Source of the DNA: an uncultured bacterium
GTDB taxonomy: Bacteria; SAR324; NAC60-12
NCBI GenBank assembly: GCA_965662845.1
Contig: CBFIJD010000008.1
Span: 1 to 47,375, forward strand
Length of the DNA: 47,375 nt
Direction: 5' to 3'
The position numbers and the translations under genes were made by a program. Positions 17,622 through 25,925 of this stretch are shown here, piece after piece. The notes beneath the pieces were generated by a model that saw only the letters and a list, made by a program, of their open reading frames with translations, was not told where the DNA came from and did no database searches. Numbering within the stretch: position 1 is the stretch's first letter; every line of letters begins with the position of its first letter.

Positions 17622-18263
17622 GTGCCAAGTTCAATTGCAGACATGCGTCAAGATTATACGTTAGGGGCCTTGCTTGAAGGAGAAACCCCGATGGAGCCTT
17701 GGGAGCTATTTGGCCGTTGGTTCGAACTCGCCACAGAGAGCGAAATTGAAGAGCCGAACGCCATGGTACTGTCGACCCTAAAGCGCAGTGGGAGCCCTGC
17801 TTCTCGAGTCGTCTTGCTGAAAGGCTATGATCGCTCAGGGTTTGTCTTTTACACCAATTATGAAAGCGCGAAAGGTCGGGAACTTCAGCACAGCTCTTGC
17901 GCCGCCTTGTTGTTTTGGTGGGCGCCTCTGCAAAAACAAGTACGCATTGAAGGGACGGTCGAGAAAGTCAGCGCGGCGGAGTCCGATCAATATTTTGAAA
18001 GCCGCCCCAAGGGCAGCAGGATTGGCGCGTGGGTTTCGGATCAGAGCCAACCGATTGCAGATCGCCAAGTGATGGAAGAAAAACTAAGAGAGCTAGAAGC
18101 CCAGTATTCGGAAGAGAAAATTCCTAGGCCTCCTCACTGGGGAGGGTACCGAGTAACACCGACTCGATTTGAGTTTTGGCAAGGGCGCTCCAACCGCTTG
18201 CACGATCGTCTGTCTTATCAGCTGGAAGCGGGGCGTTGGCACCGAGCAAGGTTGTCTCCATAA
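17622..18263 (+). CDS. pdxH: Pyridoxamine 5'-phosphate oxidase
   Basis: EPNAMVLST, RVVLLK, FYTNYESAKG, RPPHWGGY, EFWQGRSNRLHDR. Confidence 0.96.
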   Translation: MPSSIADMRQDYTLGALLEGETPMEPWELFGRWFELATESEIEEPNAMVLSTLKRSGSPASRVVLLKGYDRSGFVFYTNYESAKGRELQHSSCAALLFWWAPLQKQVRIEGTVEKVSAAESDQYFESRPKGSRIGAWVSDQSQPIADRQVMEEKLRELEAQYSEEKIPRPPHWGGYRVTPTRFEFWQGRSNRLHDRLSYQLEAGRWHRARLSP

Positions 18264-18272
18264 AACAGAGCC

Positions 18273-18308
18273 TGCCAAAATTTTGAGCAATTGCTCAACA
18301 ATTGTTCA
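18273..18308. promoter_or_regulatory. Tandem NtrC-like enhancer boxes upstream of glnA
   Basis: TGCCAAAATTTTGAGCA (TGC-N11-GCA, 18273-18289) and TGCTCAACAATTGTTCA (18292-18308); perfect 16-bp palindrome TTGAGCAATTGCTCAA at 18283-18298. Confidence 0.5.
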
Positions 18309-18362
18309 GGTCAGTCAGCCCTTTCGGCGCGAATATCTCAGAGAAAGTAGGAGATTGCGCGC

Positions 18363-18377
18363 TGGTCTTGTTCTTGA
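18363..18377 (+). promoter_or_regulatory. Possible non-canonical sigma54 -24/-12 promoter for glnA
   Basis: TGGTCTTGTTCTTGA = GG-N10-GA (canonical is GC), about 55 nt downstream of the NtrC-like boxes. Confidence 0.3.
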
Positions 18378-18531
18378 AGTGAGTCTGGGCTCAACGTCGG
18401 GAAGCGGCTTGACTTCACGCCATAACAGGCCGATGTTTTGGTTTGTTTTCCTAGCGAAGACGTGAATCGCACCCCTTTTATTCCATGCTGTGCAACGCAC
18501 ATCTCCCATCATTCCAACAAGGACAATTCGT

Positions 18532-19941
18532 ATGGCGACGCCAAAGGATATTCTGGATTTTATCAAAAAAAATGAGATCGAATTTGTAGACCTGAAATTC
18601 ATTGATTTGCTGGGAACATGGCAGCACGTTCAAGTGCCAATCAGCAGCATCTCAGAGGATGCTTTGGATGAAGGGTTCATGTTCGATGGGTCAAGCATTC
18701 GTTGCTGGCAAACAATTGACGCGAGTGACATGAAGATGATGCCGGATTTGAGCACGGCGCAGCAGGATCCCTTTTTTGAAGCTTCTACACTGACCTTGAT
18801 CTGCGACATTCTGGATCCAATTACTGGCGAACGCTACAGCCGCGACCCTCGAAATATTGCCCGCAAGGCGGAAGCCTATCTGAAATCCACAGGCGTCGCA
18901 GATACGGTCTTCTTCGGTCCTGAAGCCGAATTCTTCATGTTCGACGATGTACAATACTCTTACAGTAGCGCGGGTGGATTCTTTTCAATCGACTCGACGG
19001 AGTGTCCTTGGAATACCGGTGCCGATGAGATGCCTAACTTGGGCTATAAAATCGGGCACAAGATGGGGTACTTCCCGACAGCTCCCTTTGATACTAACCA
19101 AGATATTCGCAACGAGATGATCCGCATGTTGGAGCAATGTGGACTGCAAGTGGAGCGAGCACACCATGAAGTTGCGCCAGCGCAGCATGAGATCAACTTT
19201 CGCTTCGATACGCTGTTGAACTGTGCAGATAAGCTACAGTGGTTCAAATACGTCATTCGCAATGTGGGACGTCAGCATGGAAAAGCAGTGACCTTCATGC
19301 CGAAGCCGATGTATTCAGACAATGGAAGCGGGATGCACACCCACATGTCTCTGTGGAAGGACGGGAAGCCGCTATTCGCAGGCGATCAGTATGCTGGCTT
19401 GAGCGAAACGGCGCTCTACTACATTGGCGGTATTTTGAAGCATGCTCCCGCGCTAGCGGCGTTCACGAATCCACTCACTAACTCATACAAGCGCTTGGTC
19501 AAAGGGTTTGAGGCGCCCATCAACTTGGCTTATTCGAACCGCAATCGTTCTGCAACGATCCGTATCCCACATGTAGATAGTGATGCTGCTCGCCGGATTG
19601 AGTTCCGCTGTCCAGATGCTGGTGCGAACGCATACTTAGCTTTCTCAGCAATGATGATGGCTGGGCTGGACGGAATTCAGAACAAAATTCATCCAGGGGA
19701 TCCGATGGATGTAAACATCTATGATCTCCCCCCAGAGGAATTGCACAAGATCGGAAAAATGCCAGGGTCTTTGCGCGAATCGATTGAAAATCTCGCTGAG
19801 GATCAAGAATTTTTGCTGAAAGGCGAAGTGTTTACAAAAGACGTGATTGAGTCGTGGATCGAGTACAAAACCGATGAGGAGATCAGTGCGATTGAGTCGC
19901 GACCGCATCCACAAGAGTTCGCCCTTTACTTCAACTACTGA
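18532..19941 (+). CDS. glnA: Glutamine synthetase type I (adenylylatable GSI-beta type)
   Basis: FDGSSI, FGPEAEFF, HHEVA, TFMPKP, NGSGMHTH, RIEFRCPD, MDVNIYDLPP adenylylation loop. Confidence 0.98.
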   Translation: MATPKDILDFIKKNEIEFVDLKFIDLLGTWQHVQVPISSISEDALDEGFMFDGSSIRCWQTIDASDMKMMPDLSTAQQDPFFEASTLTLICDILDPITGERYSRDPRNIARKAEAYLKSTGVADTVFFGPEAEFFMFDDVQYSYSSAGGFFSIDSTECPWNTGADEMPNLGYKIGHKMGYFPTAPFDTNQDIRNEMIRMLEQCGLQVERAHHEVAPAQHEINFRFDTLLNCADKLQWFKYVIRNVGRQHGKAVTFMPKPMYSDNGSGMHTHMSLWKDGKPLFAGDQYAGLSETALYYIGGILKHAPALAAFTNPLTNSYKRLVKGFEAPINLAYSNRNRSATIRIPHVDSDAARRIEFRCPDAGANAYLAFSAMMMAGLDGIQNKIHPGDPMDVNIYDLPPEELHKIGKMPGSLRESIENLAEDQEFLLKGEVFTKDVIESWIEYKTDEEISAIESRPHPQEFALYFNY

Positions 19942-20048
19942 TGATTCTCCTGTCGGACTGAGAAGCCTGCCTACCTTTGAAAGTCGGTTTCGTTGATGAT
20001 TCTCCTGTCAGACTGAGAAGCTTGCCTACCTTTGAAAGCCGGTTCCGT
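19939..20048 (+). repeat. Tandem direct repeat, 2 x 55 bp, beginning at the glnA stop codon
   Basis: 19939-19993 and 19994-20048 differ at 4 positions, all transitions. Confidence 0.95.
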
Positions 20049-20064
20049 TCCTTGGGAATCGGCT
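20037..20064 (+). terminator. Stem-loop downstream of glnA (terminator-like, no U tract)
   Basis: AGCCGGTTCC pairs with GGAATCGGCT (10 bp, one G-U), 8-nt loop. Confidence 0.5.
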
Positions 20065-20228
20065 GCCCCGCTCACAGATTTCAACAAAAATCAAGCCGTC
20101 CCCACAAAAAACGATCTCCCTTACGTAGATTTACGAATAGTGCAAGTGAAACTCGATCACTAAGATGCAGCCTGCTTTTTCGCAAAGATGTTCGACCGAA
20201 CTCGGTTACTACTGTGCACAGGGAGATT

Positions 20229-21740
20229 ATGGAAGCAGCACAATCCTCACAACCCATTGAATACGACTATTCCGTCGCCAAAGGTTTTGTTATTTCAGCA
20301 ATGATCTGGGGTGTTCTGGGAATGTCATTTGGAGTTACCCTTGCTTGGGAACTCGTATTTCCTTCCATCAACGGAGGAAACCCTTACCTCAGTTTCAATA
20401 GATTGCGGCCAATTCACACGAACACGGTGATCTTTGGTTTCTGTCTATCCGCTATTTTTGCTACTTGGTACTACGTTTCACAACGTGTGCTCAAAGTTCG
20501 GATGGTATTGCCGACAGTAGCTAAGTTTCACCTGGTTATTTACAACGCAATTATTGTGTTGGGTCTTTGGGCTTTGTTCACAGGCCAGACCTCATCAAAA
20601 GAGTATGCGGAGTTGCCGTGGTATTTAGACATTTTGGTGGTGGTGATGTGGCTAACTTGGGGGGCCCATATCTTCTCAATGTTTGGCGCTCGTCGCGAGA
20701 AGACCTTCTACGTTTCGCTATGGTATTACACAGCCTGTTTCTTGGGCGTGGGGATGCTCTATCTGTTCAACAATCTTGCTGTCCCAACTTACTTTGTAAC
20801 GGGTACGGGAAGCTGGATGCATTCTGTATCGATGTATGCGGGAACTAATGATGCGCAGGTGCAATGGTGGTACGGTCACAACGCGGTAGCGTTTGTGTTT
20901 ACTGTGCCAATTGTCGCAATCTCCTACTACTTCATTCCTAAGCAAGCAAATCAACCGATTTATTCTTACAGATTATCTCTCTGGTCATTTTGGGGATTAA
21001 TCTTCGTCTATCTCTGGGCAGGGCCACATCACATGCACTATTCCACGATCCCAGATTGGGTTCAGACTTTGGGGATGGTGTTCTCGCTTGTGCTAATTAT
21101 TCCGTCGTGGGGATCCATGATTAACTTGTTGCTGACGATGAGCGGTAAGTGGCAGCAACTGAAGACTGATCCAATTGCAAAGTTTTTGGTGATTGGTTCG
21201 ACTTTTTATGGATTTTCTACATTGGAAGGCCCCATTCAGGCGATCAAGTCTGTCAACGCGATTGCGCACTTTACAGACTGGATCGTAGGGCACGTACATA
21301 ACGGTGTGTTGGGTTGGGTAGGCTTCACCACTATTGGTGCGATGTATCATATGGTTCCACGCATGTATAAAACCCGACTGTACTCAGAAAAAATTGCTGA
21401 GAATCAGTTCTGGATTCAAGCGACTGGGATCATTTTCTACGCAACGTCAATGTGGATTGCTGGAATTACTCAAGGTTCCATGTGGCGCACCACAGACCAA
21501 TTTGGTTCCTTGGCTTACTCGTTCCTAGATACTGTGAACGCGATGTATCCATACTGGGCGCTACGCGGAGTAGGCGGAACTCTCTATCTGATTGGTTTCA
21601 TTATGTTTGTGTATAATATCACAAAGACGATTCAGGGTGCTTCTTCTGGCGAGTACATCGAAGCTGATACGAGACAGACAACGCGTCAAACTGCTGGAAT
21701 GCCAGAGGTTGTTACCCCACGAGTCGCAGAAGGTAAATAA
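20229..21740 (+). CDS. ccoN: cbb3-type cytochrome c oxidase subunit I
   Basis: RLRPIHT, SKEYAEL, QWWYGHNAV, WAGPHH, GHVH ligand motifs; start MEAA with SD GGGAG. Confidence 0.97.
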   Translation: MEAAQSSQPIEYDYSVAKGFVISAMIWGVLGMSFGVTLAWELVFPSINGGNPYLSFNRLRPIHTNTVIFGFCLSAIFATWYYVSQRVLKVRMVLPTVAKFHLVIYNAIIVLGLWALFTGQTSSKEYAELPWYLDILVVVMWLTWGAHIFSMFGARREKTFYVSLWYYTACFLGVGMLYLFNNLAVPTYFVTGTGSWMHSVSMYAGTNDAQVQWWYGHNAVAFVFTVPIVAISYYFIPKQANQPIYSYRLSLWSFWGLIFVYLWAGPHHMHYSTIPDWVQTLGMVFSLVLIIPSWGSMINLLLTMSGKWQQLKTDPIAKFLVIGSTFYGFSTLEGPIQAIKSVNAIAHFTDWIVGHVHNGVLGWVGFTTIGAMYHMVPRMYKTRLYSEKIAENQFWIQATGIIFYATSMWIAGITQGSMWRTTDQFGSLAYSFLDTVNAMYPYWALRGVGGTLYLIGFIMFVYNITKTIQGASSGEYIEADTRQTTRQTAGMPEVVTPRVAEGK

Positions 21741-21743
21741 TCT

Positions 21744-21765
21744 AAAAGGAGGTTGCCTCCTTTTT
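21744..21765 (+). terminator. Intercistronic ccoN-ccoO hairpin with U tract
   Basis: AAAAGGAGG-TTG-CCTCCTTTT, a perfect 9-bp stem. Confidence 0.5.
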
Positions 21766-21781
21766 ACATTGGGAGATCAAA

Positions 21782-22453
21782 ATGTTTTTTGAATGGATAG
21801 AAAGACACTCTTTGCTCTTGGGTGTCCTAATCTTCGCTTTCATATCGATTGGTGGTGTAGTTGAGGTGATCCCATCTTTTGCAGAAAACTCACGCCCTAT
21901 TGAAGGCGCTAAACCATATTCCGCTCTAGAATTGGCAGGAAGGCAAATTTATATTCGTGAAAGCTGCAATTCTTGTCATTCCCAATTGATTCGCCCGTTT
22001 AAAGCGGAGACAGACCGATATGGTGCTTATTCGAAGTCAGGAGAATATGCTTATGATCGTCCATTTTTGTGGGGATCAAGACGGACAGGGCCAGACTTGA
22101 TGCGGGTAGGAAACTATCGCTCAACAGACTGGCATGAAGCTCATTTTTTGAATCCAACAGCTGTGAGTCCAGGCTCAAACATGCCCCCATTTCCATGGTT
22201 TTTTGATCAGAATGTAGATTGGGGAACTGTACATGCGGAGATGCAGACCGTAAAACAAGTGTTTGGGGTGCCTTATGATCAAGGAGATAACCCAAAATCA
22301 GCTGAAACAGAAGATGGGACTCATAAACTCGCAATGGCAGAAGCCGCAGAAGTGGTTAACGCAATGAAAACCCAATCTGTGAAAGAAGCTTATGAGAAAG
22401 GCGAGATTCGAGAAGTCGTTGCAGTAATCGCTTATCTGAACAGTATGAAATAA
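21782..22453 (+). CDS. ccoO: cbb3-type cytochrome c oxidase subunit II
   Basis: CNSCHSQLIRPF heme motif, YDRPFLWGSRRTGPDL, PGSNMP. Confidence 0.97.
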   Translation: MFFEWIERHSLLLGVLIFAFISIGGVVEVIPSFAENSRPIEGAKPYSALELAGRQIYIRESCNSCHSQLIRPFKAETDRYGAYSKSGEYAYDRPFLWGSRRTGPDLMRVGNYRSTDWHEAHFLNPTAVSPGSNMPPFPWFFDQNVDWGTVHAEMQTVKQVFGVPYDQGDNPKSAETEDGTHKLAMAEAAEVVNAMKTQSVKEAYEKGEIREVVAVIAYLNSMK

Positions 22454-22462
22454 GGAGGGGGT

Positions 22463-22624
22463 ATGAGTTGGCAGCAATGGCTGTTTGTTGTGATGATGTT
22501 CGCGATGGCAATCAGCCTATATGGTTTTCTTGCCTACATGTATAGTTCCAAACAGAGAGGTGAACGAATTGAGAACGCTAAGAACATCTTATTCACTGAT
22601 GAACCTTTAGAACCCAAAAACTAG
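22463..22624 (+). CDS. ccoQ: cbb3 oxidase small subunit CcoQ (53 aa, not in ORF track)
   Basis: Hand translation MSWQQWLFVVMMFAMAISLYGFLAYMYSSKQRGERIENAKNILFTDEPLEPKN; SD AAGGAGG; one TM helix; lies between ccoO and ccoP. Confidence 0.85.
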   Translation: MSWQQWLFVVMMFAMAISLYGFLAYMYSSKQRGERIENAKNILFTDEPLEPKN

Positions 22625-22638
22625 AAAATAGGCTTACT

Positions 22639-23535
22639 ATGTGGGCACTTGTAAACGATTCATGGACCCAGATAACGGTTGTTGTCTCTATCGCTCTAAT
22701 CGTAATTGTTGGTTATCTATGGCATTTTGTCTCTGGTGAGATGAAACATGGAAAGGTTGAAGTAGAGAAAGATGCTCATGCTTTCGATGGAATTATTGAA
22801 GGAATGAACCCCACTCCGATGGGGCTGCACTTAATTATGGCTTCGTTGATTGCCTTCGGCTTTTTCTATGTAGCGATTGGTTTCCCGATCTGGTCCTGGA
22901 CGCAAGAGGGGCAATATGATGAAGAAGTCATGGCTTATAATCAAAGTTTCGAAGAACGTTGGAAAAATGCTGATCACGACACAATGGTGGCGATGGGAGA
23001 GTCGATCTTCAATTCGAAATGTGCGGCTTGTCACGGAATCACAGGTGAAGGTCAAAATGGTCTGGCAGCAAATTTAATTGAATATGGTAACGTAGAGCAT
23101 GTGTCAGATGTGATCCGAAATGGCTCGAAAGGGTTGGGTTATACAATGAAACAAATGCCAGCTAATGATGTGATCTTGGCAGTGATGTATGGAGAAGAAA
23201 ATTTAGAGAATAATATTTTAGACACCGCTGCTTATACCGTGACTTTATCTGGACGTACACCGAATGCCGGAGATCCAACTCGTGGCAAGCAAATGTATGA
23301 AGAAACCTGTGCGGTTTGCCATGGAGTTGATGGACAAGGTAGAGGACCGACTGGTATGGAAGTAGGATATGCTAAAGACTTGACCAAGTATGGAACAGTC
23401 CAAGATATTGTTAAAACTTTACATCATGGAAAAAAAGGGTATATAGGCGAAATGCCAAGCTTTGTCCAAGAAGGGACTTTGAGCGAAACACACTTTTTAG
23501 CTGTATCTACTTTTGTAGCTTCAGAACTCAAATAA
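22639..23535 (+). CDS. ccoP: cbb3-type cytochrome c oxidase subunit III (diheme)
   Basis: HAFDGI..NPTP N-terminal motif; CAACH and CAVCH heme motifs. Confidence 0.95.
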   Translation: MWALVNDSWTQITVVVSIALIVIVGYLWHFVSGEMKHGKVEVEKDAHAFDGIIEGMNPTPMGLHLIMASLIAFGFFYVAIGFPIWSWTQEGQYDEEVMAYNQSFEERWKNADHDTMVAMGESIFNSKCAACHGITGEGQNGLAANLIEYGNVEHVSDVIRNGSKGLGYTMKQMPANDVILAVMYGEENLENNILDTAAYTVTLSGRTPNAGDPTRGKQMYEETCAVCHGVDGQGRGPTGMEVGYAKDLTKYGTVQDIVKTLHHGKKGYIGEMPSFVQEGTLSETHFLAVSTFVASELK

Positions 23536-23554
23536 TTACAACAGGAGATAAGTC

Positions 23555-23698
23555 ATGTTTGGTATTCAAGGTTTAGGTGCATATCTGATTTTAGTACTTG
23601 CTTTAGTTTTAATTTGGATTGGGCTCGGCTATGAGGCTTTGCAGGTGCAGCGTGATAATGCCACAAACTATTACTCGATCGAAGAATCTACGAAATAA
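23555..23698 (+). CDS. Small single-TM protein, DUF4006-like (47 aa, not in ORF track)
   Basis: Hand translation MFGIQGLGAYLILVLALVLIWIGLGYEALQVQRDNATNYYSIEESTK; SD CAGGAG; position after ccoP as in Campylobacterota operons (family call from recall). Confidence 0.7.
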   Translation: MFGIQGLGAYLILVLALVLIWIGLGYEALQVQRDNATNYYSIEESTK

Positions 23699-23713
23699 TA
23701 AGAGACGAGTATT

Positions 23714-25105
23714 ATGGCTAATGCTACAGCAAGTGCGAATGGAAATGTGACTCCATATCATATTCGGAGGTATCGAGGGTATATTGTGATTACAATCCTT
23801 GCTTTCATCTTGCCTTTCATTCAAATTGACGGAAAGCAATTCTTTATGCTTTCGTTTCTGCACATGGAGTTTCACTTGCTTTGGTCGATATACGACATGC
23901 AAGAATTGTATTTGATTCCTCTGGGGTTGGTGCTGTTTTTCTTGACCCTTTTTGTTGCAACTGCGCTGGGAGGGCGTGTCTGGTGTGGCTGGTCTTGCCC
24001 TCAGACACTTTTTCGAACAATTTACAGAGATTTCATTCAAGATAAACTTCTTGGGTTAAGGAAGTGGAAGATCAAGAATAAGCCTCCGAAGCTAGTCAAA
24101 GCGAAAGATAAAGCGAAATTCGCTTTGGGTTTTATATTGTTTTCATCGTTGATGGTTTTAGCGGGTGCAAACGTTCTCTGGTACTTTGTTAGTCCTTATG
24201 AATTTTTCGACATTGTGTTAAACCGACCAGCAGAACATCCCATCCTGTTGTTGTTCTGGTTAGGTTTTGCAGGGTTTTTAATATTTGATATCACTTATCT
24301 AGGTGAGCGGTTTTGTAAGTACATATGTCCTTACGCACGAATTCAGTCGGTTTTGTTCGATGCAGATACACCGATCCCGATTTATGATCGTGTGAGAGGT
24401 GACAATAGCGATGCTTCAAGAGGAGCAAAGAACTTCGAAAGTCAAAGAGACTCAAGTGGTGATTGTACTGGATGTGAGGCTTGTGTGCGGGTATGTCCAG
24501 CTGGAATCGATATTCGGAACGGGTTGCAGCTAGCGTGTATCGCTTGTTTGGAGTGCGTTGACGCATGCGCACCAGTTATGGATAGACTTGGGAAGCGAAA
24601 CTTGATTAGTTGGTCTAGCGAGAAAGTTTTAAGCGGTGAAAAAGTAAACTTGTTCAGACCTCGTATGATCATGTATGTATCGTTAATGGTCATTATGAGC
24701 GGTGTTTTGGTCTATGCGGGTAGCAGCAGGGACGCCGCCCTACTCAATATCAACCGAACAACAGAACTGTATGTGATCAAAGAGGGCGGGCAAAGAGTCG
24801 ATAATCACTATACAATTTTGGTTACGAACACTGACACGAAAGCTCACATGTTCCAACTTGCGATAGAAGGCATTGACGGTATCGACATTGAACGTCCTTC
24901 TGGAGCATTTCCTGTCATGCCGGGAGATAAAGTTAAGAAGGTTTTAGTGCTGAGTACTCACGATAAACTAGTAGATACAGATAAGAGAAACACATCTGTG
25001 TCCTTTAATTTGAAGGCGTTCTCAGTGGAAGAACCCGAAAAAATTTCAGTGACACGCAGGGCCGTCTTCTTATTCCCCCCAAGAAATGAGATCAATATGG
25101 ATTGA
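23714..25105 (+). CDS. ccoG: cbb3 oxidase accessory Fe-S membrane protein CcoG/FixG
   Basis: GRVWCGWSCPQT, FCKYICPY, CTGCEACVRVCP, CIACLECVDAC; C-terminal Ig-like region. Confidence 0.95.
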   Translation: MANATASANGNVTPYHIRRYRGYIVITILAFILPFIQIDGKQFFMLSFLHMEFHLLWSIYDMQELYLIPLGLVLFFLTLFVATALGGRVWCGWSCPQTLFRTIYRDFIQDKLLGLRKWKIKNKPPKLVKAKDKAKFALGFILFSSLMVLAGANVLWYFVSPYEFFDIVLNRPAEHPILLLFWLGFAGFLIFDITYLGERFCKYICPYARIQSVLFDADTPIPIYDRVRGDNSDASRGAKNFESQRDSSGDCTGCEACVRVCPAGIDIRNGLQLACIACLECVDACAPVMDRLGKRNLISWSSEKVLSGEKVNLFRPRMIMYVSLMVIMSGVLVYAGSSRDAALLNINRTTELYVIKEGGQRVDNHYTILVTNTDTKAHMFQLAIEGIDGIDIERPSGAFPVMPGDKVKKVLVLSTHDKLVDTDKRNTSVSFNLKAFSVEEPEKISVTRRAVFLFPPRNEINMD

Positions 25106-25281
25106 AATGTTTTTAGCAACTCTACGTAGACAACGTATTAGTCGTTCTCGCGAAGCCTAAATTCATTGTAGAATCTAGATTACACATTTTCAGTTTATGC
25201 TCGATTTTTGGAGTCGCCTATCATTCCTCGATTCTTCCATTTTCGAGTGAGAAGAACTTGCAACAAGTGAGCATCAAAACT

Positions 25282-25920
25282 ATGCAAAAAAACTCTGTAA
25301 GTAGAGCCTCCTCAAATCCATCAGAGCTTCCCCCCCAGCCCAAAATTCCTCCACACAATCCCGCGACTAAGAAAGACAATACGTGGGGATGGATGATCCT
25401 CGGCGCGTTCATTCTATTCATCTGCATTATCATATTCAGTGTCTACTTAGTTTTGTCGCGATATCCAGTTGAAATGGATAATCAATATGACATGAACTAT
25501 CACTCCGTTGATGAGCAATACAACGACTTGATGGAGATGAGTCGCGAATTTGATCGTAGATATGATTTTGTGTGGTCTGGAGAAAAGCAATTGGGGCCAA
25601 ATCAATGGAGATTTTCTTTGCGAGATAAGCAAGGAAACTCAATCTCTAGTGCGGAGGTAAGACTGCTTGTCACACGCGAAGCAACGACTAAACAAGATAT
25701 AGATTTAGGAGCTTTGCCTTACGTAGATAGCTACTACATAGCTGAGTTGGATGTCCCTGCTGCTGGAACGTGGCTCTTGAATATGAACCTCTTGGTTAAA
25801 GATTTGAGGGTTAACCGCCAGTTCATCATGGATTTGCCTGCTACTACAGCACAAAAAACCGATGCAGAAAAGTTGATCAATGCTCGCAAGCGTATTGAAG
25901 CGCTAGAGTCGAAAAATTGA
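25282..25920 (+). CDS. ccoH: CcoH/FixH-family cbb3 assembly protein
   Basis: Single TM helix, then PVEMDN.Y...Y..VD..YN, LVTREAT and P.AGTW; follows ccoG; start approximate. Confidence 0.75.
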   Translation: MQKNSVSRASSNPSELPPQPKIPPHNPATKKDNTWGWMILGAFILFICIIIFSVYLVLSRYPVEMDNQYDMNYHSVDEQYNDLMEMSREFDRRYDFVWSGEKQLGPNQWRFSLRDKQGNSISSAEVRLLVTREATTKQDIDLGALPYVDSYYIAELDVPAAGTWLLNMNLLVKDLRVNRQFIMDLPATTAQKTDAEKLINARKRIEALESKN

Positions 25921-25925
25921 TCGGG

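Noticed and set aside
19939..20048. CRISPR array
   Set aside because: Only two abutting 55-bp copies, no unique spacer and no cas genes
19977..20228. 84-aa N-terminal extension of CcoN in the ORF track
   Set aside because: Runs through the repeat and terminator region; homology and SD support the ATG at 20229
20065..20228. FNR box upstream of ccoN
   Set aside because: Only an ATCAA half-site and AGTGA-N7-TCACT, whose spacing fits neither FNR nor CRP
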